Part shown: one piece after another, positions 22,515 to 36,270 of the stretch
Position numbering within the stretch: the stretch's first letter is position 1
How the letters are laid out: every line of letters begins with the position of its first letter
Assembly (NCBI GenBank): GCA_001949185.1
Contig: BDGG01000007.1
Span: 2,190,730 to 2,254,729 of the forward strand
Source of the DNA: Ramazzottius varieornatus
Taxonomy: Eukaryota > Animalia > Tardigrada
Length of the DNA: 64,000 nucleotides
Direction of reading: 5' to 3'
Notes under the pieces: generated by a model
Seen by the model: the letters and a program-made list of their open reading frames with translations, nothing else
What the model was told of the DNA's origin: nothing
Database searches by the model: none
Made by a program: the position numbers and the translations under genes

Positions 22515-23733
22515 ATGAAGGAATTCCTGGTTCGCGCGTCATGGACCAGCGCGTTATTCGCCATATTCCATGTCCGTTTAACTTCGGCTCAGTTTGTCGG
22601 TGGAGGTGGAGGAGGAGGTAAGTTTGATGGGCGGAGCAACTAAACGTTGCACTTCCTGTGGTCCTCCTTTACGAAGACAGAAAATGCAACGTCGGCATAC
22701 GAACTGGAAACACTTAATATCTTGACTGGCGGTCGTTCTCTTTGTTTCCAATACTGGCTGGAAGTGTCCGCCATTTGAGAAAAACGTTCCTGTTCAATTC
22801 ATTAGTTGACTTCCCAACGTTTTTGGAAAGGATACTGGTTCATGTTTCGGTATCTGAATGGCTTCCCGGTTGAACCAACGTACTGAATAGAAATATTCCC
22901 AGGTATTGCTCAACAAATATCGTCCAGTTCCGCCTCTGCCAACCTGCGTGGACGCCCAGGGGCTTTTGCCAACAGCGATCTTCCCGACTTCATCCAACGC
23001 AACCAGCAAAACACCCTAAACGCCGTGGCTGCCTCCGACAACACCGGGCTACGTGGCAACTCTGCCGCCATCACGCCCCAACAATCGTCCGCCAGCGCCA
23101 TCAACAACGGCTCACCCACCTCCCCCAACCGCGCAGCTGCCCTGTCGGCAGCCACTGGTACCGTTCCCGGCATCGGTGTTGCCAGTAACGCTGCCCGGAC
23201 CGGTAACATTCCCGCCAGCGGTCTTGTCCTCAGTAGCATCACCGACAACGCAGGCAATGTCATTGTGGGTTCGCGACTCGAACGTCGACCACCTCCGGTC
23301 CCCGCTGGTTCGCTGGCCGGTTTGTCGGCTAGTGTCCCTGCTGTAACCGCAGCACCTGTATCAGGTGGTCAGCCAGCTGGACCACCTGCCGCACCCACGC
23401 AGGCACCACTACAGACCACCACGTTCGCGGGATACCTGGTTGGATCGCCGTATCCGTTCGTCTTGCCACCGCCGGATATTCCTTACTTTGGCTCAAAATG
23501 GAACGGACCTTGGGGGTGAATATTCGTTTGATCTCAATTTTAAAACTCACAGTTGGAATATCCACCAGGATATCCAAGCAATTCGTTGTTGTTACTTTTC
23601 CAGGTATCCAGTTGGACACTACCAAGCTTTCCGCGGCACCGGGCAGTATATCACACATTACCAATATTACCCTCTGTCTTACTATGGATCTCTTCTTGCA
23701 CCTTTTGCTTACGGTGTTTCTGGAAAGAAATAA
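22515..23733 (+). CDS. Secreted Ala/Pro/Ser-rich protein with the same Tyr/Gly/Pro C-terminal domain (paralog 2), ~281 aa
   Basis: Exons 22515-22617, 22903-23515, 23604-23733. Signal peptide, then QFVGGGGGGG. Tail nearly identical to paralog 1, with the intron at the same position (PWG|YP). Confidence 0.85.
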
Positions 23734-25069
23734 ATTATTCTCTGAGATCCGCTTTTCATTTTCATCTCACACAGTAAAATTCGATCGTCTCGAAGATACA
23801 GTGAATGCGGTTTTCAGCTGTAAACCAGCCATAGCGCTGGGAATTCAAATATGTAGATGGATAAATTTATTGAGCTTCGACAATCTAGTCGACGGCTTCC
23901 TCGATCGTCAGAGGATAAGGAAACATAAGAATACAGTACTAACAGCTTTGGCAAGTGGAAGCGATCAAGACTAACTTCAGAGATTGACACATAGAGATTA
24001 CAATCCGAGATCAGGCACCAGAAAGGAAGTGGAAAACTTGCACAACCATAGCAGGGAGAGAAAATACCAAACAAGGAATGAGGGAGCGTTCTTTCCGCCT
24101 TCGTCCAGGTGCTCACTCGTCCATTTCATGTGAAACAGTTGGGGAACGGCAATATTGAGCTTGACGTCACGGCTCAAACCGATGTGCAAGCTGTGTACGT
24201 ACGCTGCACCCATTGAGCCGTCCGGTAGGCGAAGCTAGATTCGTCTAAATTAACCGACCCAAATTCGGGCCGGTGGTCACATGACGGGCACTACAGACGG
24301 GCACCAATTTTTTCAGTGTGGTTTCGATCACCACAATTGATAATTGAAAATGGCCGAAAACGACGGTTTTGGAATTCCAGTAATATGACAATTGAAATTG
24401 AGAATTCCGGGCTAGACCATTTGAATATAAATCAGAATTGCAGTGGAATTTGGAAAACAGAACAAAATTATAATTGGTCATCGAAATACAGAATGTAGCA
24501 ACTTAAATTATTAAATTTGCGCAAAATAGCGCGGTAAAATGCACGTGGGTGCATCAAGGGTCTGAGTTTCTACGCGTGTTTGGCGCTTGATCGGGTGAAT
24601 GTGTGTGCATTTGTGCATGTCGCACGATGACGAACGGCACCATACTTACTGCGCAGCTTCCTGAACCGCGCGCGGTGCTTCAACGTACAAGCGAAGTTGA
24701 ACCCCGATCCCAATATCTTCCTCTACTAACCCTCTAAGCGATGTTTCGCGGGTATGATGGCAGACGTGCGAGACTTTCAGAAGCATAACAATCGGGTTGA
24801 CGTCGGCACATCCGTATACAGTGCTCTGGCAGCACCATGCTTTGTGCTAAACGTCTGACGGCATTCTACGCGCATGAAAAGAGAGGCATACGTTGCGTTA
24901 AAGTACCAGTCGTATGAATATTAAAATCACGAAAATGAACTACCACAATTAAAATAATTTCAACTGCTGTCGCGAGCTGATTCCGATTAATTGCAATTAC
25001 TAATTCAGCTGGATTGAATCCCACATAACTGAAATTGCTGCGGCCTGAGGTATTTCAATTAATCGTAAG

Positions 25070-25330
25070 CGTCTGATTGCCTGATTGTCCAGACTGGAAG
25101 CCATGCATTGCCCGGGCACCGATTACGTTTCCCAGTGCTTACTGCCAGCCAAAGTAGTACTGCAGGCAGTTCGGGAAAGTTTTTAGTGGGCGAAGAGTTT
25201 CCTTCGGGATTCACGATCGAAGTCCCCCTTCGTTTCTGAATCGCGAAGCGAACTGCTAATCTCGAATTTTTGAACATTCGCAATTTAAACGTTGTGTCCA
25301 AACTGTCGTTTGTTCAAACCATCTGCGCAA
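25070..25330. repeat. Dispersed repeat, inverted copy at ~45397-45660
   Basis: Shared blocks such as CGAAGAGTTTCCTTCGGGATTCA and TTTCTGAATCGCGAAGCGAA appear as reverse complements at 45.5 kb; the two spurious ORFs (RFAIQKxRG..NPEGNSS..NFPEL) match. Confidence 0.85.
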
Positions 25331-25489
25331 AGTGCAACTTCTCTGATTAGACGGCCCCGATTCCGTTGCCACGTTCCGTATACTGATAGCCACTATGAAC
25401 GTATCAGAATTCACACTGCTGGAATTTACCGGATAAAGTAAAGTTACTGCCTCGACACCCTGTTAGTACTAGTAGATCGTGAATCCGTG

Positions 25490-26455
25490 ATGGACCTTGA
25501 AGACTTTGACAACTCCTTCGATTACGATCTGTCTTTCGGTGGCCATGAAGGAGTACAGTCCCGTCATTCTTCTCAGAGTGATCGGCCACGTATTCAACCC
25601 CTTCCAAATAAACCCATCAAACAACTTACCGGTTCAACCTCAGTTCGAAGGAAGAACAGCAGCGCTATAACTTCTGCTTCATTCAGTCAGAATAGAAGGA
25701 CTGAACAAAGAACATGCATGTCCGGGGATTTGAAACAGTTGTTGGATCGAATTCGAACCAAAGCCAACAACGACGTCCCGTCAGACGACTACGTTGTGAT
25801 TTCGGGTAACCACAACGGTAACCGTGACTCAAAGAAACCATACGGTACAGCCGAAGTGCACATGATGAAAGTAAAGCTTCGCATGCAGGAGAACGAAGTG
25901 GACAAAGTGGCCAAGGAGGCCGCTATGAGCCTGCAGGATTCCGAACGGGCATCAGCTCAGGTCGAAGTCCTCGCCAAGAACATCAAGAACTGTAATGCAT
26001 ACGACCTCCATCAAAACCAGAAACTGCAAGCTTGTCTTAAACAGATTGGCAACATACGAAAACAGAATGCGCAACTTGAGAAGGAAGTGGACAGGCTGAA
26101 ACGGGAAGTGGTCGCCATGGGGAGGGACGAGGAGAAGAACAGAATGGGCGTCGCTCTACCGGAGATAGACTCAACGTGTAGGCTGGCGGCTATAAACGAA
26201 GGCGTGAAGAAAGAAACGTTACAGGTAATGGAAGACAATGAGAAGTTGCAGGAGAGTAACCGGAAAGCGCAGCAGACTTTGCTGAATGCCCGGAGAAGAG
26301 ATCAACTGGAATGTAAGAGATTCATGGCGCTGATACATAAGCGCGAGGTTCTGCTGCAACATACGCGGAGTGAAAGAGAGCACCTGGAGGGAGTCCGCTC
26401 GTTACATATTGCCGAACCGGAACTACGCAAATTTTTCCAATGGCCAGAAGCCTAA
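25490..26455 (+). CDS. TEX9: Intronless coiled-coil protein, TEX9-like, 321 aa
   Basis: Long single ORF with heptad pattern. GTAEVHMMKVKLRMQENEVD and the C-terminal EREHLEGVRSLHIAEPELRKFFQW resemble the two conserved TEX9 blocks as I recall them. Confidence 0.65.
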   Translation: MDLEDFDNSFDYDLSFGGHEGVQSRHSSQSDRPRIQPLPNKPIKQLTGSTSVRRKNSSAITSASFSQNRRTEQRTCMSGDLKQLLDRIRTKANNDVPSDDYVVISGNHNGNRDSKKPYGTAEVHMMKVKLRMQENEVDKVAKEAAMSLQDSERASAQVEVLAKNIKNCNAYDLHQNQKLQACLKQIGNIRKQNAQLEKEVDRLKREVVAMGRDEEKNRMGVALPEIDSTCRLAAINEGVKKETLQVMEDNEKLQESNRKAQQTLLNARRRDQLECKRFMALIHKREVLLQHTRSEREHLEGVRSLHIAEPELRKFFQWPEA

Positions 26456-29400
26456 CCTGAGAATTTTCCTGATCTTGAAATCTCTTGTTGGTCTAAAGAT
26501 TTTGATAATCAGTATAGTGCAAAGTCCGTGCTTTGCCCAGTAAAGATTCATGACTTAGTATAATCATACGGACGTTCGAATATTTGGGCTGGTCGAAACT
26601 ACCCAGATCACACGAAAATGGTTAGAATAAGCATCCGGTTCAAGAACCAATGTACAGTTCAGGAACCGCAATAAAACTTTTCTTAACACAGAACAAGATC
26701 CAGGGTTTTGTTGCGTGGAATGATCGTCGGATATTCTTGAGACCAATGGCGCCGGCACCTTCGCGTCCATCCATCTGCGCTTTTTTTTGTACAGTGGTCG
26801 GCTTTCATGCTCTATCTTCACGATAGTAAACCCGGCTTTCTTCAGATCTCTACCTATCAGATCCGCATCAAAAAGAAGCATCGTATCTGGCGGGTTGTTC
26901 ACTTGGTCGTTCATTCCAAGAATTTATCTGCTCATTGCGATTCCAGTGGAATAAATCAAATCATCTGCGAACGTGATACCGTATTCTTTTTAGATGATTT
27001 GGGACATAATTTGTGCGCCTTACAGTTTCCGGGAGGCCGCCAAATGAAATGCAAAGATCGTTCTTACGAGTGGCGCACGTTGGGCATTAATATTGGCTGG
27101 AAGCGTACGCCAGTTGAAGGAGCAACTGTGTACTTTTGTATGTCGGCCTCCCGATAATCATGAGGCGCACAATTATACATCAAATCATTTAAATCAATAG
27201 ATAAGGCATCGGGTCCGCAGATGATTTAAGGCAGCTCGACTCTTCAAAGTTCCTTGCATGACTGTCGCCCGTTATGTGGAAGATTCCAAAGCCAAAAAGA
27301 TCGGCCGAGGAAGCAAGATGAATGCTGCGGAAGAAAGACTGCACGGTCCAGCAAGACAAAACTGCAGTAGATACCTCGTTTGTACAATATTTTGATTTCT
27401 GTTGTGATTAGAGATTCTTTATTTGGCATGACATGCTCCTGTGACCGTTGAAGGTATGGTTGTTCCGGCAAAAGATCCATCTACTGTATTAAACTGACAC
27501 CTTCAGCTCCTTGGCTCAATATTCAGAACGTGCGTACAGAAAAGCAGCCTTCAGTACTGGTTTTTACTCTTCAAATTATGGATAACGCTCTCGAAATTTC
27601 TGACGTTTGCCAAATCATTTTTGCTTCTTTTCCGAGACAACGAAAAAATTGTTTCCGTGTTTTCGCTGCTTTTACACGCAGTTTAGATACAGTTTGTCCA
27701 GCCCGGTTGTCCAGTCCAGTTGTCCGGTACAGCTGTCCATCAGGATTTGCCCAATGTCCACGTCCAGCGTCCTGTTCAGCTTTTACAACGTTCAGTGGCA
27801 TGTTGTAGAAGCTTTACCGTAATGCGAGAATTTCATGAAATTAAAGTACTCGTGGCTTTCCAGTGGAACTCTGATGTTAAAAATCGGATCGTCTGGGAAC
27901 CTCAGTGCAGCACTTAATTCAGAAAAAATTTCAAACCTAGTTTATGTGCCTCCCAATTCTTGGGAGGCCTGCAAGCGGAACGTACAGTAGAGACCGTCCT
28001 CTTGAGTGGCGCACGTGCTCACTGTTTTTGGCTGAAAGCGTGCGCCACTTGGCCAACTGGCTGTGTACGCCTTGTTTACCGGCCTCCCAAAAGTCGTAAG
28101 GCGTATAAACTAAGTCTCAAATTAACCAAACTCGATGCTGTATTGAAGTTCGCAGACGATCTGATTTTTATATCAGAATTCCATTGGATTACCAGGAGTG
28201 CTTTAATTTCAAAAAGTTTTCAAATTATGGGGAGCAATTTCGCAATTTTTGACTTTTGCTGTGTCATTTTTGTTTCATTTCGTAAAGTACTCGTACAGGG
28301 GAAAATCGTTTCGCTTCCCCCGCGATCAAGCGCAATTTCAGCTCAGTTTGTCCGGTCCAATTGTCCAGTACATCTGTCCAAACGAGAATTGTTCATTGTC
28401 CATGTCCACCGTCTTGTCCAGCTTTTACAACATGCCATCTGCTTTGAGCGAGTGCGTGGGTTTGGCATGACGGAGTGGTAGGTGGTCACTTTCCATTGCT
28501 GTCCCACCTAACTATCGTCTTCGGACCAAACAGCGCTCACGTCATCACATATGCCGACATGCGTGGCACCGCGATTGAAGACGCGTAGGGACGCAAAGAG
28601 CGACACTATGTTATCTGGAATTTATCGTTTATCGATTAAATAAGAATAACCTGAGGATCGAAGCGGATCTCGATCTGGTGTCTTAAGTTTGGTATCGCTC
28701 GCAGCGGTTTGGTTCCTGACAAGGCTCGTGAATTTTATCCACATTACATTTCACTTGACTCGATTACCACCACAAATCATTCCTCATTCCATTGAACTGC
28801 CATCGGTTGCCCAGGGACATCGATTACGCAGCCTTCCCAGAAATATATTAGACTATCTGGCCCAGCCAGCTTAACACACCCTACATGTCAGCTGCGCTAC
28901 CTCGAACGCAACCGCGGAATGAGACAACTGATGCGATGCACTTTGCAGAACGAATACTGTAACGTTTTTCCATCTTCCTTGTTCCTTGGATGTATATTCG
29001 ACGCTAGAAGAAAACAGTTGGTTGATGAACCGCTCAACTGACACATCCTGTCATCGTAACTCCCACATTAGTTCGATGTAGCGATGCAACATGCTCATTA
29101 GTAACTCTGGTGCTATCTTAGCTCCCAAACGTCTATCATTGATCCTTGTGTAACAAAATGTGATTATTTGTGCGGAGGTATGGACAAGCTTTGACAAGAC
29201 GTAGTCTCGCATATCGTACTGCACCTCGTAACCTCGGCCTGCATCTGTCTTGACCCAAAACATCGTGTGGGGGTATTTCAGCTTGTAGTCACCCCTAGAG
29301 TTGTTGGAGAAATCTATTCAAAAGGTTGAACAGTTCTGTGAGACTTCTAACCGTGACGAAGTTCCTGAATATTGTCAAAATTTTCAGGTCGAAAAACGGT

Positions 29401-32400
29401 CCTTGGAAGTTAGAAAAAGTTATCCACAAAATTGGGCTGCCGCAACCCATGAATCAAATGAAAGTCCATTAACGTATCTATTCCCGAATTGTGCAAATAG
29501 TTGTGACAGCTCACGTCGTGCGAACGTCTCCGGAAACCCCGTCCTGGTTGGTAGTTATCACTCAGTCATGAACGAGGAAAATCCAGGAAACTGAGCATCT
29601 ACCTTGGGTCGAACACGCAATGGAAAATTTTTTTAAAGGCTAAAGTCGTCAAGATGGGAGGTTTCAAGATGGAGTGAAGACCTGGAGGCAAGGGCATTCA
29701 AGTACAACCAATATTAGAAATTATCTCTCTTCCAGAAACATTAACCGAGACGTAAAGTGCAAAAGGCCAGTTATCTTAATCTTCCCGGATAAGATTTTTT
29801 TTCCCGGCTGATTTGCCCCTTTTTGTTAGGTAGAGTGTTGAAGCGGAAGATTTTAACTGACGTTTCGGCGTATTGTGCTGGACAGTAAACAGGATGAGGA
29901 AGTTGGCTGGCTGGGGCCGACCTGTGTTAGCGCATATAATATGTGGGATGGCGATACTGGGACATGTTCGCATGTCCGCACGCGCCAATTACGACGGCGT
30001 TGACAGCAGGGAACATGACTGTGCGGCTCTCGGGCTCCAGCTGAGAATTAGAGCTTCGCCGTTCGCCTTGAACAGAAGGAGGAGTTGTACGTGAATATCT
30101 CACTATCCCCTTCCACCCATTATACTCGATGTCACGATCGCCAGTATATCAAGTCTTTCGCCCAGCTCTTGATGCTCTGATTTCCGATCAAGTGCGCGCA
30201 TGCCGGCATTCGTCGTCAAAGAGCGCCGGCATAAGGACTGAAGCTGGTATTGATGCCGTCAGATTGTGCCGCTTCTCTCTAGCAAATTACGAGTCTCTTG
30301 TGCTTTCATCATCTATCCAGGAATGCCGCTACAGGCTTGTCTATCTAATCCGGGATTATGTTTGATTTGAGTCTTCGTGGATGAGGTCAAGATCCGGACA
30401 GAGCGGTGGAGGGACCCCCAAACCCATTTGTTTACATCTTAATTGTTTTTCTGTCCGTGAGAACGAACCTAGGAGTTAGAAACGGATCTATTCCGTGTGT
30501 TTCAACTTCGATCATAGATGCTAAACCTTTCTTCGCGCTGGCTGTTCCCTCGTATGTCTGTCGCCGACATCTCCAGTTTCGTCTAATTTGAGATTTCGTA
30601 GGCAGCGGGAATTAGTTCGCTGAATTTCAGCCTTTGCCGGATTTCACCGGATTATGACCTCGCAGAAACGCCGCTGAAACTCACTTGGAGCCTATGCTTT
30701 CGCGCCATCGGCTTTCAGTGTTGGAATAGCATGCCTTCATCGTTTGGTCCTTGCTCAGTCATCCAGTGAGGCACTGACGTGGGTATCACTTCGATCCTTT
30801 CCTACGGTGTGCCTCGGGTAAGAGTTTCAACCTGAAGCACACGAGGTAATTTGGGCATAAGGGTTTTTCACTCGTAATTCGGGCATATTTTTTCTCAGCT
30901 CCTGCTGCGCTTAATGAACCGATTCGTGTTTCCTGAGATAGACTGATCCCTCTCCTCGAGGTTTCAATCGGTTTGACAACGGCAAAGCGTTGTAGATTAC
31001 GGGAATTTGACCTGGGATAGAGATGGGTCTGTCCAATGTTAAAAAGCCTAATGTTGTATCAACACACGTACGAGGAGGGATGTATCAAGCGTTGAAGGTA
31101 ATGTTCAAACCTTTCGCGTTGCCCGAATTATGGTGCGAAAATCGATACGCCCGAATTATGTCGTTTACCTCGTACATTTGAGATTTCGAACATTCTTTAT
31201 ACGTCAGCATACGGGCTACAGTGGACAAGACTTCGATCGGAGGGGTTTTGTCTTGAGAGCTCTGTCCGACGCTGAGCCTGTTCGTTGAGTGCCGCGAACT
31301 GTGTAACATAATGGAAAATAATAGTCTGTAAGATGGTAATTGTGGACAAGGTTAGGCGACGCAATTACCTCTTCCTGTTTACACGCAGTTATCCCGTTTC
31401 CTCATTTTCAAGACGATCGAGTTAAGGTACATTGACGAGTGCAGTGGGTGCGAAACCTTACTCGGCAGATCTAAAGCTGCGGAGCGACAAGAGACTCGAA
31501 GAAACAGAGTGCATCCTTATTGATGGCAAATGAGCACGAGGAACCCAGCGGGGCTTTGGAGAACCCACAGTGGCAACGGGCACAGCGAGCAAGCTGGGCG
31601 AAATGTGAGACGATTGTTTGCGTGCTTTGGACCGCCACCAACGACCTGCTATATAGCGACAAAATTGATTAGCTTCGCGATAAGTGGCGCTTCCGGCGGC
31701 GGCAATGGCTGGTTTTACGACTAAAATGTCCCAAAGGACAAACACAGCCTGCACTTATCGCTGCACAAAAACTCCTTATCATCAATTTTCCCACTGTCAG
31801 AGAAATCAAAACTTTCCCTCAGTCTCGCAACCCGCGTCGTCTATTTGTCTACCACGGTTTCCCTGCATAGGCTGTGTGCATATACTCTTTCAGCTCACCG
31901 TGGGCTGTGGCACGATACAGCAGAAATCAAGACCATTCGATAGCTGGATCCCGCCGACGTTTCCCTCAGGAGGTCTGACTTTTAGCAGTGAAGACCACGA
32001 CGTCGACGACGACGTCCAGCCATCACGGAACTTGTACTGCGGTATTAATAACATCACCATCAGACTACGGTACTTCGAACCATATACAATACTAGCTGAG
32101 TCCTTGCGAAACTGGCATCAAGATGGCTAGCATTTAATGATAAGACCGTGACAAGCTTTGACCAGCGCGCGAACTTCGCGAAGCATTGGAGGTTTGGATT
32201 ATCATCTTCGATCATCAATGCAGTGCGGCGTAATGATGACAGACAGATCAGCTATTCGAAATATGCAGTATCCCAAGAGCCAACAAGTTGGCTTTTCGGA
32301 TAAAAACAGGCTGACTCGGTCAAGATCAAGTTTGATGACATTCTAACGAGCTGTGTTCGCTAGACGAGGAACCGGCTCAAAGTTGAACGGGCTGCCAAGC

Positions 32401-35400
32401 ACATCCCCTCATCATCACAAACAAATTTCGACGATCTTTTGATGGATGGTTTTCCGGGTTTTTTCTTTCCGTGCTGAACTGTCACCTAGATCCTTAGACC
32501 TAGAACGACGACACAGAAGCGGGAGCCAATGAAGCATCCCTTTCAGCTCAGCAAGAACCCTCTTTTGCATACGCGTCTTGTCTATGAGGCTCGATGATCC
32601 TCTTTGGTCGTTTAGGAACAACTTCCAGCTTCATTTCTTAAAGACAAGACCCCCGGCTAGAGATTGTAAGCAGACTCACGCCTCATCTGCAGTATATTGA
32701 TTGATTTGGTACCGCTTAATATGTGCGCTACCATCTTCACAATGGTTGTAAACGCCGAAATGTTCCGTACGCAAAATACGTATCCATCTTTTACTCTCAC
32801 CGTAAGGACGACCCACCCACCTTCCTTTTCTTAGCTTGCTTCATCAATTCCCGCCTCCCATGTTTTTGGCATTCTTTCGGATTACTGCTGTGTGGGCTGA
32901 AAGAGTTATCAGTCAAGATTGTTTCATGGTTCCACTGGAGTATGAGATAGTAAGGTTGGATGGCTCTTTTCAAGCTTCAGCGGAAACTGAGAAAAGTGTC
33001 AGCAGGTACAGTACTACATGTTTATGCGAACCTGAAGAAGGATGTGCACAGTGGCAGTTCATTCAGTAGCTCAATCAAAACCACCGCAAAGTAAACCTCC
33101 GCTTTTGTTGAACATCGCGTGTGCAAGCACCCTTATCAAATATGAGCAGCTGGTCGGAAAGCTGACTAGTCGATGATAGAGGGAAGATCGGCAAATCACT
33201 GTCCATTAATCGCGCCTGAGTACACAGTCTGCTTTTAAAGAAGTCAAATCGTGAAACGGGCAGAAGCATAAGTTTCCTTGGCGTTTTTCTCTCTTAACCT
33301 GGAAATGATATCTACAGAGCGGATAACTATTGACACGAAGTTTAATGGTCAGTGTCATGTCTGAGACAAATAACCCAGGCCTGCCAGTCGGCGATTGAGG
33401 ATTTAGCCTGACAGCTGGATGGGCTTTACCGAGGACCCACAAACGACATTCGGAAATCCCTTTAGTCATGCGTCTACATAACAAACGACATGATGTAGTA
33501 CCGGCACTTTCTTTAATGACTGTCCTATGGCCCCGATTCTTCAAGTTGAATGAACCCGTATGCATTTTGGCATCACTCACTTCCTGGAAAGTTCGCTTTG
33601 AGGAAGGGCCCCATCAATCCCAGTCCATCCTGGTTCCCCCGCACAGGCAACACATAAGACTTGGTTCTGTATAATTTAGAAAAATGGAGCTTAAGCAGAC
33701 TCCTCCTGTTTGGCGCACCCTCCACAATACTACGCTACGCTGAAGTTGATCCGCGACAGCTAAGAGCGAACGTTCGGCAAAGTCAAAAGTGTTTGCTATG
33801 AGTTCTCTATGGGGTTCATTATCCCGACATACTGTATCAAGACCATGAACCAGGTAAAAGGTGGAAATACGTTAAACGGAAAAAGCACCGGAGTTCGAAA
33901 GGTCTGAGCCGATTGACGTAAGATGTGATAATAAGGTTTCGATAAGGAAGTCCACTGCTCCGAGCCCTTCAACATCAACTGACGTACACGTCGCGCAACA
34001 ACGAGAGGAAGCTCGCAGATCGGACTAGATGAGGAAGTTACGTCGAAAAGTGAGGTCTCGATGAAGTCTCACTTCCCCCTTTGAAAAGTACCGACTGTCT
34101 CTCGGTACTTGACTACTTATTGCCAACGTCCCGGTAATAATGGAGATAACGGACAACTTTCATGTCCGCGCCATGTCCTTCCTGGTTTAAGTGCGTATAT
34201 ATGCCACTTTCCAGCCAACTGCCACAGAAACTCGAGAGCACAACCTCAACTGAATTAGAATTCTACGTCCCACAGAGAAAGGTATCGAGTGGAATGACGC
34301 CGCTTTGACCGAGATTATAACCGCTAGATCATTGCACACTCTCCTGGTCCCAAAGCCTCGAAAAGCTAAATTTATCATCAGTTTGGTCTACTTGACTAAC
34401 CATGACCTTTGCCGGGTTTCATCTTCGTAAAAAATAACTGACTCAGACATCTGACCTACCGTTGCGTAAGTTTGCTACGCATTGGCCCCGTGCATATTTT
34501 GATGCGCCGTCAGGACCTCAGAGGTTATGACGACCTCGGTATATCAATAACCATCACGTACTTCCTTGTACGAGGGCCTTCCTTCAAATTCGGTCTAACA
34601 ATTATAGGCAAATATCATGACATTCCAGCTTACTCTAAATTCCAAATCTTAGTTAAAATTTTCACCTTCACTTTTGACAGAGCGGAACAGGTTGGGGATG
34701 TGGTCATGGTGCTGTGGGAACCACGCGGATAAACGCGTGCTTAATTCTCACCATAACGAACTTCTCTCCTCTTGACAGAGCGAATTGCCAGTAATGGCAT
34801 TTGAAGGGTTTATTTTTTCTTGTGCAATGGCAAATTTATCGTTCGCTGTTGTAAAGTGGAGATTATACGGCGGCTGGCATTTGTTCATGAAGGTTGAAGA
34901 GCGGCTGCATAACTGAAGAGCCCGTGAAGCAAGCACTAAGCCTAATAGCATTTGCCGTCCGTGATTGTCGGCTGGAAAGTATGAGGACTGACGGCTGCCG
35001 GCTTGTCCCTCCCAAGTCCCTCTAGTCTCACACGTCGTGTTTTTTTTCGCCGGAAACCGGACGATTAGTGTCAAGAGATGCTCTTTTCTAATTCCTCCGC
35101 CAATACCCCTAAGCTCACATCGCAAAACAAGGAAGAGAGGGCGATCTGGTGTAGTCGATCGGTCTAGTAACGCACCCCGCTTCAAACATTCATCTATTCC
35201 GTATGCGTGATAACTGACCAGAAGCAACGAGCAAGGAGCCAAGTTTCAGTATTCATGACGGCCTTCCTTGTAAAGTTTTAGAGTAGTCCATTAGACTCGT
35301 TGTAGGTGGTCTGTAAAGTGCCCAGACGCATAACTATCACACGCTCTGTTCTTCACATGCTTCTTCTTTTGACACACCGTAAACGACGAGGGATTTTGCG

Positions 35401-36270
35401 GTGTGTTCCTCAGTCAACTTACACGTTTAGTCGTAAACATGGCATTAGTTCGTGGTACTGGTGGTACCGGTGGTACTGGCTGAATAGTTTGTTCATCGGT
35501 ATAGAGTATGAGCGATGGTGGCTAACGATGCCAGGAAATTACACAGTTGAACGGTCATTGCCGTCCAGCCTCACTCCATTAATTTCACCCAACAAGCCCA
35601 TAAATTTATCAACATTACTCACTCGCATCGCGCGTTCAGTCTTTCGAGTCAGATTGATTTTGTTCGTCTCATGGAGAAACACAGGCGGAATAATGTATTT
35701 GATGTACTCAGCCTATGCTCGTGTTCTGTATTTGTTCATGCGGAAAATAATTTCATTTGACGAACAGCCCAGGCGATGCAGGGAGAACATCCAATAATTG
35801 ATGAGATGATTTGCCGTCCTTCTTTGCAGATCAAATTATGCTGATGTAACCTTGTGACATCCGATCTCCGCGCGCCTCCCATGGGACACATCCACCATTG
35901 CATGCCAATGCATCCGCAATGCCAATCATCTTTTCATCCTACTCTTGCTAAACCCATACGAAAAAGGTAAGCAATACATCCATCTGTTACAGCTGTACTT
36001 GCCTGCTTATGAGTTACTTATTCCTGCGACCCGCAAAAATTTACGTCTGAGAGTTCAAATTTTGCAGGTCGGAAAGCGGGACGTACAAGATTGTCATCTG
36101 AGGTGGAGCGCACTAACAGTCACAAGGTGAGCCATTAGGACAACAACCTTGTAGGTCTCGTTTGCCGCCATGCCGTTTAATCTTATTGCGTTGCTAGTAC
36201 ACTGTCAGGTGTTACAATAGCCGTGTTGGATTACCGCTTGATGTATCTGTCAGGTAATATCTCTGGCTGC

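Noticed and set aside
26564-27480. Minus-strand fragments vaguely like a methyltransferase (DLKKAGFTIV)
   Set aside because: Could not build an in-phase gene, and no SAM-binding motif seen; possibly a pseudogene.
27570-28435. Two diverged direct copies (~27570-27790 and ~28218-28435) with TGTCC motifs
   Set aside because: Probably old repeat fragments; boundaries and class could not be defined, and their ORFs look spurious.
28870-36200. Many short ORFs, including a weak F-box-like piece at 31085-31309
   Set aside because: No supported homology or exon chain; probably intergenic DNA or GPCR 5' introns with decayed fragments.
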